Below, piece after piece: positions 18,898 to 27,551 of a stretch of DNA of 64,000 nt. The notes below the pieces were generated by a model, which was given only the letters and a program-made list of their open reading frames with translations, searched no databases and was not told where the DNA came from. Position numbers and translations under genes: made by a program. Position 1 is the first letter of the stretch, and each line of letters begins with the position of its first letter. Source of the DNA: an uncultured Bifidobacteriaceae bacterium (GTDB taxonomy: Bacteria; Actinomycetota; Acidimicrobiia; IMCC26256; PALSA-555); the NCBI GenBank assembly GCA_964555735.1, contig CAZKTS010000129.1, forward strand, positions 624 through 64,623, in the 5' to 3' direction.

Positions 18898-18954
18898 TCG
18901 CCTTCGGCCGTGCATCACCGGTTCGCCCGCCGCGGCTCCGTAGAGTTCCGGGCG

Positions 18955-20493
18955 ATGCTCCGAGCGCGATCGCCCCGCCGGGGTACCGCGGCCCTGCTGG
19001 TCCTTGCGATCGCGACCGCGGCGCTCGTCGGGGTCACCGCGCCCGCCGGCGCCGCCACCATCGACTGGCGGCCCTGCACCGATTCGCAGTTCGACCGTTG
19101 GAAGAAGGTCGACGGCGCCAGCCTCGACGGCTTCGACTGCGCGACGTTCACGCGACCGCTCGATCGCGAGGACCCGGGCGGCGCGGAGGTGCAGCTCGCG
19201 GTGGTGAGGCTGCCGGCGACGGGCACGGCCGCCGAGCGTCAGGGCACGCTCTTCCTCAACCCCGGCGGGCCGGGCCAGTCGGGCCTGGGGCTCTCCGAGA
19301 TCGCGTTGCTCCTCCCGCCCGAGGTTCGCGCTGCGTTCGACTTCGTCACCTACGACCCGCGGGGGATCGGCGCGTCGACCCCGGCGATCAAGGGTCCCGG
19401 CTGCAACATCCCGAAGCCGACGCGTCCTGCGACCGGCTCCGTCGACTGGCAGCGCGTGCTCGAGCGCCGGGTCGAGCAGGTCGATCGCGCCAACGCGCGC
19501 TGCTACGACGCCAACGCCGACCTCATCGACCACGCCGGAACCCTCGACGGTGCGTACGACCTCGACGCGCTCCGGGAAGCGGTCGGTGATCCGAAGATCA
19601 CGTACTGGGGGATCTCGTACGGCACGCTGCTCGGGTCGACCTACGCGCAGCTCTTCCCGGATCGGGTTCGCGCGCTGGTGTTCGACGGCAACATGGACCC
19701 GCAGATCTCGCTGTTCGGGATCAGCGCCGGGTCGGTTGCGCCCGACCACTCGATCACGTTCTTCCTCGAGGCGAACCCCGAGCTCGCAGCGCAGTACGAC
19801 GCGGTCATCGAGCACCTCGACCGAGAAACGCTCGCGCTCCCGGACGGCACCGAGTACACGCGATGGGACGTCCTCGACGTGCTCAACGACACCGTGCCGT
19901 TCTTCGCGGACCCCGGGGGCGACTGGTCGACGGCCGGCGAGGTCATCACGACCTCGCACCAGGCGATCTTCGGCGCAGGGACCGAGCAGCAGGCGGCGCT
20001 CGAGGCGCTGGCGCGCAACCCGAACTTGCGGAGCCCGACCACGGGAACGGTCGGCAGCCTGTGGTCCGCCGTGGTCTGTCAGGACTTCGCCGACCGCATC
20101 AGCGCCGCTCGCCAGCGCGACCAGCTGCGTTGGATCGTCCGCGAGGGCCCGATCTACGGCGGCTCGCTGGGCGTCGACTACCTGACCACCTGCAACGGCT
20201 ACGACGAGGCGCGGCCGCATCCGGTGCCGCGACCCGTCCGTTACGGACCGGACGTGCCCGGGGTCATCGCCAACACCACCCGCGACGGCGAGACGCCATA
20301 CCAATGGGCGGTGAACATGGCCCGCACCTACCGCAACATGCGGATGCTCACCCTGGTGGGCGGCATCCACGGGACGTTCGGCCTCAGCGAGTCGGACTGC
20401 GTCGACACCGCGATCGCCGAGTTCCTGCTCTCGGCCACGCCGCCGCCGACCGACCTCGCCTGCCCGTACACGCCGCCGCGCACCGCCGCGTAG
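18955..20493 (+). CDS. Secreted alpha/beta hydrolase (tripeptidyl aminopeptidase-like, S33)
   Basis: Signal peptide MLRARSPRRGTAALLVLAIATAALVGVTAPAGA. LNPGGPGQSG oxyanion region. GISYGT nucleophile elbow. Confidence 0.85.
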   Translation: MLRARSPRRGTAALLVLAIATAALVGVTAPAGAATIDWRPCTDSQFDRWKKVDGASLDGFDCATFTRPLDREDPGGAEVQLAVVRLPATGTAAERQGTLFLNPGGPGQSGLGLSEIALLLPPEVRAAFDFVTYDPRGIGASTPAIKGPGCNIPKPTRPATGSVDWQRVLERRVEQVDRANARCYDANADLIDHAGTLDGAYDLDALREAVGDPKITYWGISYGTLLGSTYAQLFPDRVRALVFDGNMDPQISLFGISAGSVAPDHSITFFLEANPELAAQYDAVIEHLDRETLALPDGTEYTRWDVLDVLNDTVPFFADPGGDWSTAGEVITTSHQAIFGAGTEQQAALEALARNPNLRSPTTGTVGSLWSAVVCQDFADRISAARQRDQLRWIVREGPIYGGSLGVDYLTTCNGYDEARPHPVPRPVRYGPDVPGVIANTTRDGETPYQWAVNMARTYRNMRMLTLVGGIHGTFGLSESDCVDTAIAEFLLSATPPPTDLACPYTPPRTAA

Positions 20494-20563
20494 CTCGACG
20501 AGTCACGCTCCCGATCGGAGCTTCCATTGCGCCGCCCTCCCTCCTTAGTGCTAAATTCAGCCC

Positions 20564-22261
20564 ATGGGCCGATCCCTTGAGGAGGCTGCGGTCGCGACCC
20601 CCACCGGCGTCCGTGAGGCGGAGCACGTGGTCGTCGTCGACCACCGGGGGCGACCGGCCGGCACCCTCGCGAAGGCCTCGGTGCACGGCCCGGCCACGCC
20701 CTTGCACCTGGGCTTCTCGGCCTACCTGGTGCGGAGCGACGGCTCGGTGCTGCTCGCTCGGCGAGCGGAGGAGAAGCGCACGTGGCCGGGCGTCTGGTCG
20801 AACTCGTGCTGCGGCCATCCGCAGCTGGGCGAGAGCCTGTTCGAGGCCGCGTCCCGGCGGCTGGACCAGGAGCTCGGGGTGACGGCGCGCGACCTCGCCG
20901 TGGTGCTGCCCGACTTCGCCTATCGAGCCGAGATGTCGGACGGCACGGTGGAGCACGAGCTCTGCCCCGTGGTCGTGGCCCGCACCGACGACGACCCCGC
21001 GCCCGAGCCGCAGGAGGTGAGCGGCGTCGAGTGGGTCACGTGGGCGGCGTTGCTCGAACGCGTGCGGTGTGCGCCGGAGACCCTGTCGCCGTGGTGCGTC
21101 GAGCAGGTCTTGCAGCTCGACGCGAACGGTTGGTCGCCCACGGACGCCGTCGCGACCACGGGTGTCCGTGCCCCGTGGACGCCGCGCTCCGACCGGCTCG
21201 ACGGTGAGCCCGACGTCGCGTCCTCGATCGCCACGGTCGAGCAGACCCTCGGCTCGTTCCTCGTCGAGAAGCAGGGGTCGTACGCGACGGGCTCGGCCGA
21301 GCGCGCCCTGTTCGACGAGGTGCAGCAGCTCGTCGCGGCAGGCGGTAAGCGGCTACGTCCCGCGTTCGCGTACTGGGGCCATCGCGCCACCGGTCACGCG
21401 CACGACGATGCGGTGCTCGCTCCGGCCGCCGCACTCGAGCTGTTGCACACGTTCGCTCTGCTCCACGACGACGTCATGGACCGTTCGGCGACACGCCGAG
21501 GACGGCCGAGCACGTTCGCGGCCAGTGCCGATGCGCACGAACGCCTCGGCGCGCTCGGGGACAGCGAGTGGTTCGGCTTGAGCGTGGCGATCCTGGCGGG
21601 CGACCTCGCATTCGTCCTCGCCGACGAGCTGTTCGAACGAGGCCACACGAACGCCGACGCTCTGGCGCGAGCCCGTCGCGTCTTCGACACGCTTCGGACG
21701 GAGGTGATCGGCGGCCAGCATCTCGACCTGCTGGTCGCGTCGCACCCGGCGAGCACCGAGCGGGACGCGCGGCGGGTGGCCGTCCTCAAGTCGGCGCGCT
21801 ACACGGTCACTCGGCCGCTGCTCCTCGGTGCGGCCTTGGCCGAGCCGGCTGAGGCCGGTCGGATCGAGCCCGCGCTGACGGCCTACGGCGACGCGATCGG
21901 GCTCGCGTTCCAGATGCGCGACGACGTGCTCGGCGTGTTCGGTGATCCGGCCGCCACCGGCAAGAGCCGCCTGGACGACCTTCAAGAGGGCAAGCGCACG
22001 GTCCTGGTCCTTCGCGCACTTCGGCTCGCCGACGGCGCCGGCCGTCGCGTCCTCGAACGCAGTCTCGGCAACCGGACGCTCGACGAGGACGAAGCAGGCC
22101 GCTGTCGCGAGATCATCGAGGCGAGCGGTGCGCTGGCATCCGTCGAAGCCCTCATCGCGGCCGAGCACGACCGCGCCATGACGTCGATCCAGACGCTGCC
22201 GCCCATCGCGCGCGCCGCCCTCGAGCACCTCGCGCTCGCCGCGATCGAGCGCGACCGGTAG
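20564..22261 (+). CDS. Fusion: type-1 isopentenyl-diphosphate isomerase (Nudix) + polyprenyl (GGPP/FPP-type) synthase
   Basis: N-terminal WSNSCCGHP and EHELCPV (IDI-1 catalytic Cys/Glu). C-terminal LLHDDVMD (FARM) and FQMRDDVLG (SARM). Single uninterrupted 565-aa ORF. Confidence 0.85.
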   Translation: MGRSLEEAAVATPTGVREAEHVVVVDHRGRPAGTLAKASVHGPATPLHLGFSAYLVRSDGSVLLARRAEEKRTWPGVWSNSCCGHPQLGESLFEAASRRLDQELGVTARDLAVVLPDFAYRAEMSDGTVEHELCPVVVARTDDDPAPEPQEVSGVEWVTWAALLERVRCAPETLSPWCVEQVLQLDANGWSPTDAVATTGVRAPWTPRSDRLDGEPDVASSIATVEQTLGSFLVEKQGSYATGSAERALFDEVQQLVAAGGKRLRPAFAYWGHRATGHAHDDAVLAPAAALELLHTFALLHDDVMDRSATRRGRPSTFAASADAHERLGALGDSEWFGLSVAILAGDLAFVLADELFERGHTNADALARARRVFDTLRTEVIGGQHLDLLVASHPASTERDARRVAVLKSARYTVTRPLLLGAALAEPAEAGRIEPALTAYGDAIGLAFQMRDDVLGVFGDPAATGKSRLDDLQEGKRTVLVLRALRLADGAGRRVLERSLGNRTLDEDEAGRCREIIEASGALASVEALIAAEHDRAMTSIQTLPPIARAALEHLALAAIERDR

Positions 22262-22289
22262 GAACGGCGCGATCTGACCGCGGTGGGCC

Positions 22290-22832
22290 TCAGGCCGACA
22301 GGGCGTCCACCAGCGCCTCGCAGAACGCGGGGAGGTCGTCGGGCTTGCGACTCGAGATCAATGTCCCGTCGCGGACGACGGGCTCGTCGACCCAGGTGGC
22401 GCCGGCGTTCTCGAGGTCCGTGCGCACGCTCGGCCACGAGGTAAGCGTCCGGTCCCGCACGACGCCGGCCTCGACGAGGGTCCACGGCCCATGACAGATC
22501 ACCGCGAGCGGTCGCCCTGAGTCCGCGAAGGAGCGCACGAACCCGACCGCGTCGTCATCGGTCCGGAGCTGGTCCGGGTTGGCGACACCGCCGGGAAGCA
22601 CGAGGCCGTCGAAGTCGGTCGGCGCGGCATCGCGCACTGCGAGGTCGGGCTCGAACTGGTCCGACGGGTCGAGGTGCTTCATCGCCTGGACGGGTTCGTC
22701 GGCGCGCGGCGCGAGCAGCACCGGCGTCCCGCCGGCTTCCTGTACTGCCTGCCAAGGCTCGGTCAGCTCCACCTGTTCCACGCCCTCGTTGGCCACGAGG
22801 AACGCAACTCGCTTGCCGTCCAGTGCACCCAT
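22290..22832 (-). CDS. DJ-1/PfpI family protease/glyoxalase-like protein
   Basis: 180 aa with the AVICHGPWTL nucleophile-elbow Cys. GAGGAG SD. Confidence 0.9.
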   Translation of the reverse strand: MGALDGKRVAFLVANEGVEQVELTEPWQAVQEAGGTPVLLAPRADEPVQAMKHLDPSDQFEPDLAVRDAAPTDFDGLVLPGGVANPDQLRTDDDAVGFVRSFADSGRPLAVICHGPWTLVEAGVVRDRTLTSWPSVRTDLENAGATWVDEPVVRDGTLISSRKPDDLPAFCEALVDALSA

Positions 22833-23113
22833 GTCGTCACTCCTCGGTCGACGTGTCGTTGTCGCGCGGACCGTTCGCGTGCCCGCTCCCGCGGATTCAG
22901 AAACGTTGAGCTCCGTCGCGCGCGATCGGGAGCGCCACCCGGCGAATCACGCGCGAACCATCACCTTCTTCGTCGTTCCCTTCTCAGGACGGCGTGACGA
23001 TATCCGTATGCCGCCGATCCGCGCGTCTGATCGCGCTTGCTGCGCAGCGTTGCGAGCGCCCTCGTGTGAAAATCGGGCTGGAGGCAGCGATGAATCGGTG
23101 CGGGTCTGCGGCA

Positions 23114-23821
23114 CTATGTGTCTTGGCCGACGAGCGACGCGACTCGAGCGCGGAAGATCCGCCACCGACGTTCGTTGTCGTGGACGAGGCCCGCTGAGTC
23201 GCTGAGGAGATCTGCACCGTGGTCGATCATCTCGGCCGCCGCGTAGAGGAACCCCGGAACCTGCTTGGCGGAGGTGAGATCGTCTCGTAGTGCCTGCGGT
23301 GTGAAGTCGACGATGTCGAGCAGATCGGCTGCGCGGTCGAGGAGCCGTCCCGCGAGGAGGCTCATCTCCGCGGCTTGCCAGTCGTTGGCGATGATGCGGT
23401 GGCGCTCGCCGAGCTGGTCGGCGAGGTCGGGGAACGCGAGGAGCGCCGTCGCGGCGTCCCATGTCGCCGTCATCGCGTCGGCGAGCCACCGTCCGGTGGT
23501 CGTCTGGTCTTCGGCGAGCGTCCGGAGATCGCGTTTGAGTCGGGTGATCTCGGCGGGTTCTCCCTGGCCTTCCATGAAGAGGATGCCGTCGAGCTGCAAC
23601 GCGGCCGAGTCGTTGAGATCGTTGCTTCCCTCGAAGGGGTTCAACGCAGCTTGTTGGTGAGGCTCGACCGTGGACCAACGATCGGCGAGCGCGTGCAGTG
23701 CCCGTGCGTGGCGCTGCAGCGTGACCGCGTGCAGACGCGGCTCCTGTGAGTAGTACTTCTCGTGATCCCGGTGGAACCTCGCGAGGTTCAGGATCGCGTC
23801 GAGGAGTGGATCGGTCGTCAA
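23114..23821 (-). CDS. Hypothetical protein (helical, no family recognised)
   Basis: 235-aa ORF with normal composition. TTG start overlaps the DMT stop (TTGA), suggesting translational coupling. Confidence 0.55.
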   Translation of the reverse strand: MTTDPLLDAILNLARFHRDHEKYYSQEPRLHAVTLQRHARALHALADRWSTVEPHQQAALNPFEGSNDLNDSAALQLDGILFMEGQGEPAEITRLKRDLRTLAEDQTTTGRWLADAMTATWDAATALLAFPDLADQLGERHRIIANDWQAAEMSLLAGRLLDRAADLLDIVDFTPQALRDDLTSAKQVPGFLYAAAEMIDHGADLLSDSAGLVHDNERRWRIFRARVASLVGQDT

Positions 23822-24894
23822 CGCGTGCCTCCGGCGCCGTGTCCATGCCGATGGTGGATGTCACTGACGTGCGCGTGTGAGTGTACGAGCCGGTCGTGAT
23901 GGTGCTCGTGCGAGTGGGGCTCGCGGACGTCGGATCCGGGCGGGTGACGGTGCTGATGGTGCTCGTCGTGCGTGTGGACGTGATCGTGGACGAGTGGTTC
24001 GTGCTGGTGCGTGTGCACGTGTCGTTCGCGCAGGATCGCGAGCACTCCGACCGCCATGACCACGCCGCCCGCGAGCTCTTGGACGCCGAGCCGCTCGCCG
24101 AGCAACGGCCACGCCGCGAGCGCGCCGACGAACGGTGCGACGGCGAAGATCGCGGCTTCTCGCGCCGCGCCGAGCATGCGGAGTGCGTAGGCGTCGAGGA
24201 CCACCGATGCGCCGAACGCGATCGCACCCAAGATCAAGGCGCCGATGAGGATCGTGAGACTCGGCACGCGCGCGCCGAGCGCGAGCGCGACACCGACGTT
24301 GACCGACGCCGCTACACCGGTCTTGACGGTGACGATCGAGAACGGGTCACGAATCGTCAGCGATTGCGTGAGGTTGTTGTCGAGACCCCAACACAAGCAC
24401 GCGGCGGCGATGCACGCGATCCCGCCCAGCTGCCCGCCGATCGGACCCTCATGGAACGTGAGCACCACCGCCCCCGCGAAGATGCACGCGGCGCCCCACG
24501 CAGCGCTTCTCCCCAGGTGCTCCCGGAAGACGAGCACGCCGAGCACCAGGGTCGCCGGACCTTCGAGGTTCAGGAGCAGTGATCCCGTGGTCGCCTGCAC
24601 CTGCTCGAGACCAACCAGCAACAGCAACGGCGCGGCGATCCCGCCCGCGAGCGTCAGCACGCCGAGCCGGGGAAGGTCCGCGCGCCGGATGCGCGCCTCG
24701 GCGGAACGGCGTCGTGCCGGGATCAACGTCGCCAGCGCCAAGAACGCACCCAGGTACAGCAAGCCGGCGAGGAGCTGCGGGCTCACGGAGTCGAGCAGCC
24801 CCTTCGAGATCGGCGTGCTCACGCCGAATGACACCGCCGCCGCCAACCCGAGCAGCGTGCCGACGGTCGCGGGACGTCTCGCCACACCCGTCAC
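23818..24894 (-). CDS. DMT/EamA-family transporter with a ~70-aa histidine-rich C-terminal tail
   Basis: About 10 TM segments, then RERHVHTHQHEPLVHDHVHTHDEHHQHRH...HSHEHHHDRLVHSHAHVSDIHHRHGHG. Start set at GTG 24894 (GGAG SD, downstream of the MFS stop). Confidence 0.8.
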   Translation of the reverse strand: MTGVARRPATVGTLLGLAAAVSFGVSTPISKGLLDSVSPQLLAGLLYLGAFLALATLIPARRRSAEARIRRADLPRLGVLTLAGGIAAPLLLLVGLEQVQATTGSLLLNLEGPATLVLGVLVFREHLGRSAAWGAACIFAGAVVLTFHEGPIGGQLGGIACIAAACLCWGLDNNLTQSLTIRDPFSIVTVKTGVAASVNVGVALALGARVPSLTILIGALILGAIAFGASVVLDAYALRMLGAAREAAIFAVAPFVGALAAWPLLGERLGVQELAGGVVMAVGVLAILRERHVHTHQHEPLVHDHVHTHDEHHQHRHPPGSDVREPHSHEHHHDRLVHSHAHVSDIHHRHGHGAGGTR

Positions 24895-24928
24895 GCTAGG
24901 ACTCCACAACGTCCAGCCAGACTCATCG

Positions 24929-26296
24929 TCACCGCTCGATGACGACGAGCGGTGTTCGCAGCGAGTGGTGCATCCACAGGCCGCCCGCCGGGCCCGAGGT
25001 GCCGTGGTGGGCGAGGACCAGATGGCCGCCGGGCCCGGCCGGGAGCTCACCGCGCATGCGGCCGCGGTGGACGGTGACCACCACGTAGCACGAGACCAGC
25101 AGGAGCACGCCGCCCATGCACCCGACGGTCGCGAACACGTTCATCGCCTCCGTGAGCCCGCTGAACACGAGGCCGCCGAGCGGGGCCAGGACGCTGAACA
25201 CGATGCCGTAGATCGCGAACACCTGGCCTTGGGACTCATCGGGGGCGTGGATCTGGAGGATGGCGCTGATCACCGACTGCGCGAGCGAGAGTGCCAGGCC
25301 GACGGGCAGGAGCGAGATGGCGATGAGCACGTAGAGCTCTGCCCCGTTCAGCGCGGCGCCACCGATGCCGAAGAGCACGAACGCGATCGAGCACAGGAAG
25401 AACGACGACTCGACGATCGTGGCGCGGTCGAGGAGTCGCTGCACCCGGGTGATGACCCACGCAACGGTCACGCCGCCGAGGGTGTAGCTGGCCGTCACGA
25501 AGCCGAGCGTGGTCGCGCCGGGCTCGATCTCACGTGCGATCGCGGGAAGGAGCTGGACGACGGGGATCGCCAGCACGGCGAGCAGTGCGACGTTGCGGAT
25601 CGCGCGGCGGAGCGGAGGATTGCTGCGCACGACAGCGAAGGTGCGCCGCAGGTCACCGCGACCGTACGCACGCCCCCGGGTTGTGGTCTGCTCGGGCCGC
25701 GTGCTCGCGATGACGACGATGAGCGGCACGAAGCTGAGCGCGTCGACGACGAACGACGTCGTCGCGCCGATGGTGGCCACGATCACGCCACCGGCCACGG
25801 CGCCGATCAAACCGGCCACGGACGACATCGACGAGAAGAGCGCGTTCACCGCAGCGAGCTGGTCACCAGGGATGAGGTCCTTCTCGTACTCCTCCCACGC
25901 CGGGAAGACGAGCGCGCTGAGCGAGCCGGCGACGAAGGACGCGACGAGCAGCCAGTTGGCATCGAGCACCCCGGCGAAGCTCATGGCCGCGATGGCCACG
26001 TAGGTGGCCGCCTTCGCGCAGCTCAGCCCGACGAGCAGCCGCCGCCGGTCGTGCCGGTCGGCGAGATGCCCGGCCCAGCCGCTGAGGACGGCGGCCGGGA
26101 ACGTGTACGCAGCCGTGACGAGCACCGTCCGGACCAGCGACCCTGTGGTCCGGTAGGTGACGAACGTGATGGTGATCGCGACGATCCCGCTGCCCAGCGC
26201 CGACACGAACTCTGCCCCCGCGAGGCGCCGGATCCTGCGGTCGCGCAGCAGGTCCCGGATGCCGGCGGGCGTGCTCCCCTTCGTCCCGCCGGCCAC
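24929..26296 (-). CDS. MFS transporter (EntS/efflux-like)
   Basis: 455 aa, 12-TM pattern, N-terminal RIRRLAGAEFVSALGSG typical of this MFS subgroup. Confidence 0.85.
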   Translation of the reverse strand: MAGGTKGSTPAGIRDLLRDRRIRRLAGAEFVSALGSGIVAITITFVTYRTTGSLVRTVLVTAAYTFPAAVLSGWAGHLADRHDRRRLLVGLSCAKAATYVAIAAMSFAGVLDANWLLVASFVAGSLSALVFPAWEEYEKDLIPGDQLAAVNALFSSMSSVAGLIGAVAGGVIVATIGATTSFVVDALSFVPLIVVIASTRPEQTTTRGRAYGRGDLRRTFAVVRSNPPLRRAIRNVALLAVLAIPVVQLLPAIAREIEPGATTLGFVTASYTLGGVTVAWVITRVQRLLDRATIVESSFFLCSIAFVLFGIGGAALNGAELYVLIAISLLPVGLALSLAQSVISAILQIHAPDESQGQVFAIYGIVFSVLAPLGGLVFSGLTEAMNVFATVGCMGGVLLLVSCYVVVTVHRGRMRGELPAGPGGHLVLAHHGTSGPAGGLWMHHSLRTPLVVIER

Positions 26297-26342
26297 GGCC
26301 GGAGGTTAGCGACGGGACCCGTTGACCGTCCGCCGGCTTCGG

Positions 26343-27524
26343 TCAGCGGAGCGTGTCGAGCCAGCCGGCGTAGTCGAGCCGTTCGACGGCCGCGGCCTCG
26401 CGCGTGAGCATCGTGCGCACGGTCTGTTCCTGCTCGGTGAAGCCACCGAGGCCGGTCGCGATCACGCCGACCATGAGCGCCTGGAAGGAGAACGCGCGGT
26501 AGTCGGTGCGCGTCTGGGCAGGATCGAGCTCCACGCCGAGCTTCGCGAGCTCGTCGAGGTAGTGGTCGATGAGCGAGTCCTCGTGCGTGGCGAGGAGGAC
26601 CGGATCGAGGGAGTTCGCGAGGAAGTAGACGACGTCGCGGATTCCCTTCGACCAGTGGGCACCTTGGAAGTCGATCATGCCGATCCGGCGGTCGTCCGCC
26701 GGGCCGTACTCGAAGCAGTTGGCGAGATGGCTGTCGCCATGGACCAGCGTGCGTGGCCCTCGGGACCATGCAGTGGTCACCTCGTCCCAGCGGTCGAGCG
26801 TGCGCCGGTACGTGTCGGCGAGCTCGGCGGTGAAGACGTCGGGCGCGGCCCGGTGGCAGCGGTCGATCGCGGCGGTGTTGAGCGCGATGGCGGTGCGGCG
26901 CGCCTGCTGGCCGACGTATGGGTGGCCGTCGAGCGGCATGAGCGCGTCCTGGTCCGGCTCGGGCAGGCCGTGGAACGAGGCGTGGAGCTCCGCGAGCGCG
27001 CGGAGCACCCGCTGCGCCCGCTCGATGGTGGTGCCGGCGGCGGTGTCCCGGTTGACGAACATCTCGACGGTCGGGTCTTCACCGAGGTTCTCGAGCAGGA
27101 GCACGAAGCGCGAGCCGCGCTGGTGGACAGCCGCCACCGTGGGGACGCGGATCGGCACCTGCGGCGCGACGCGCTCGCAGAACGTGCACTCCACGCCCCA
27201 GTAGCCGATGACGTTGGCAAAGACGCGCGGTCCGAGCTCGCGGGCGGGGAGCTTGGCGTAGAGCGAGCGGGCCGTGCCGTCGGCGAGCTCGACGTCGATG
27301 AGGAAGTTCTGGCAGTTGCTGGATTCGAACGTCACGCCGGGGAGGCTCGCGGCGCGCACGGGACGGCCGAGGAGGTCGGACAGCACCGCTGGATCGGCCA
27401 GCCGGTCGGGTGAGCGGGGGAGTGCTCCGCCGGTGCGGTCGCGCGCGGCGTCGAGACCGACCAGGCCGAGCGCGGCCGCGGTGCTGCCGGCGAGCTGGAG
27501 CCCTCGGGAGATCTGTCCGCGCAC
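26343..27524 (-). CDS. Phosphotransferase-family (APH/EcKL-like) kinase
   Basis: 393 aa. LVHGDSHLANCF catalytic loop and IDFQ metal-binding motif. Confidence 0.8.
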   Translation of the reverse strand: MRGQISRGLQLAGSTAAALGLVGLDAARDRTGGALPRSPDRLADPAVLSDLLGRPVRAASLPGVTFESSNCQNFLIDVELADGTARSLYAKLPARELGPRVFANVIGYWGVECTFCERVAPQVPIRVPTVAAVHQRGSRFVLLLENLGEDPTVEMFVNRDTAAGTTIERAQRVLRALAELHASFHGLPEPDQDALMPLDGHPYVGQQARRTAIALNTAAIDRCHRAAPDVFTAELADTYRRTLDRWDEVTTAWSRGPRTLVHGDSHLANCFEYGPADDRRIGMIDFQGAHWSKGIRDVVYFLANSLDPVLLATHEDSLIDHYLDELAKLGVELDPAQTRTDYRAFSFQALMVGVIATGLGGFTEQEQTVRTMLTREAAAVERLDYAGWLDTLR

Positions 27525-27551
27525 GGGGGCAGGTTCGCGTCTCGGCCGGTC

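Noticed and set aside
22833-23113. 280-bp untranslated region upstream of pfpI as a riboswitch/leader
   Set aside because: I could not recognise any known riboswitch core or convincing conserved hairpins by eye. It would need cmscan to say more.
26314-26328. GGGAC-CCGTT-GACCG upstream of the MFS gene
   Set aside because: The spacer is one base longer, the second half-site is imperfect, and the orientation is opposite to the three good sites.
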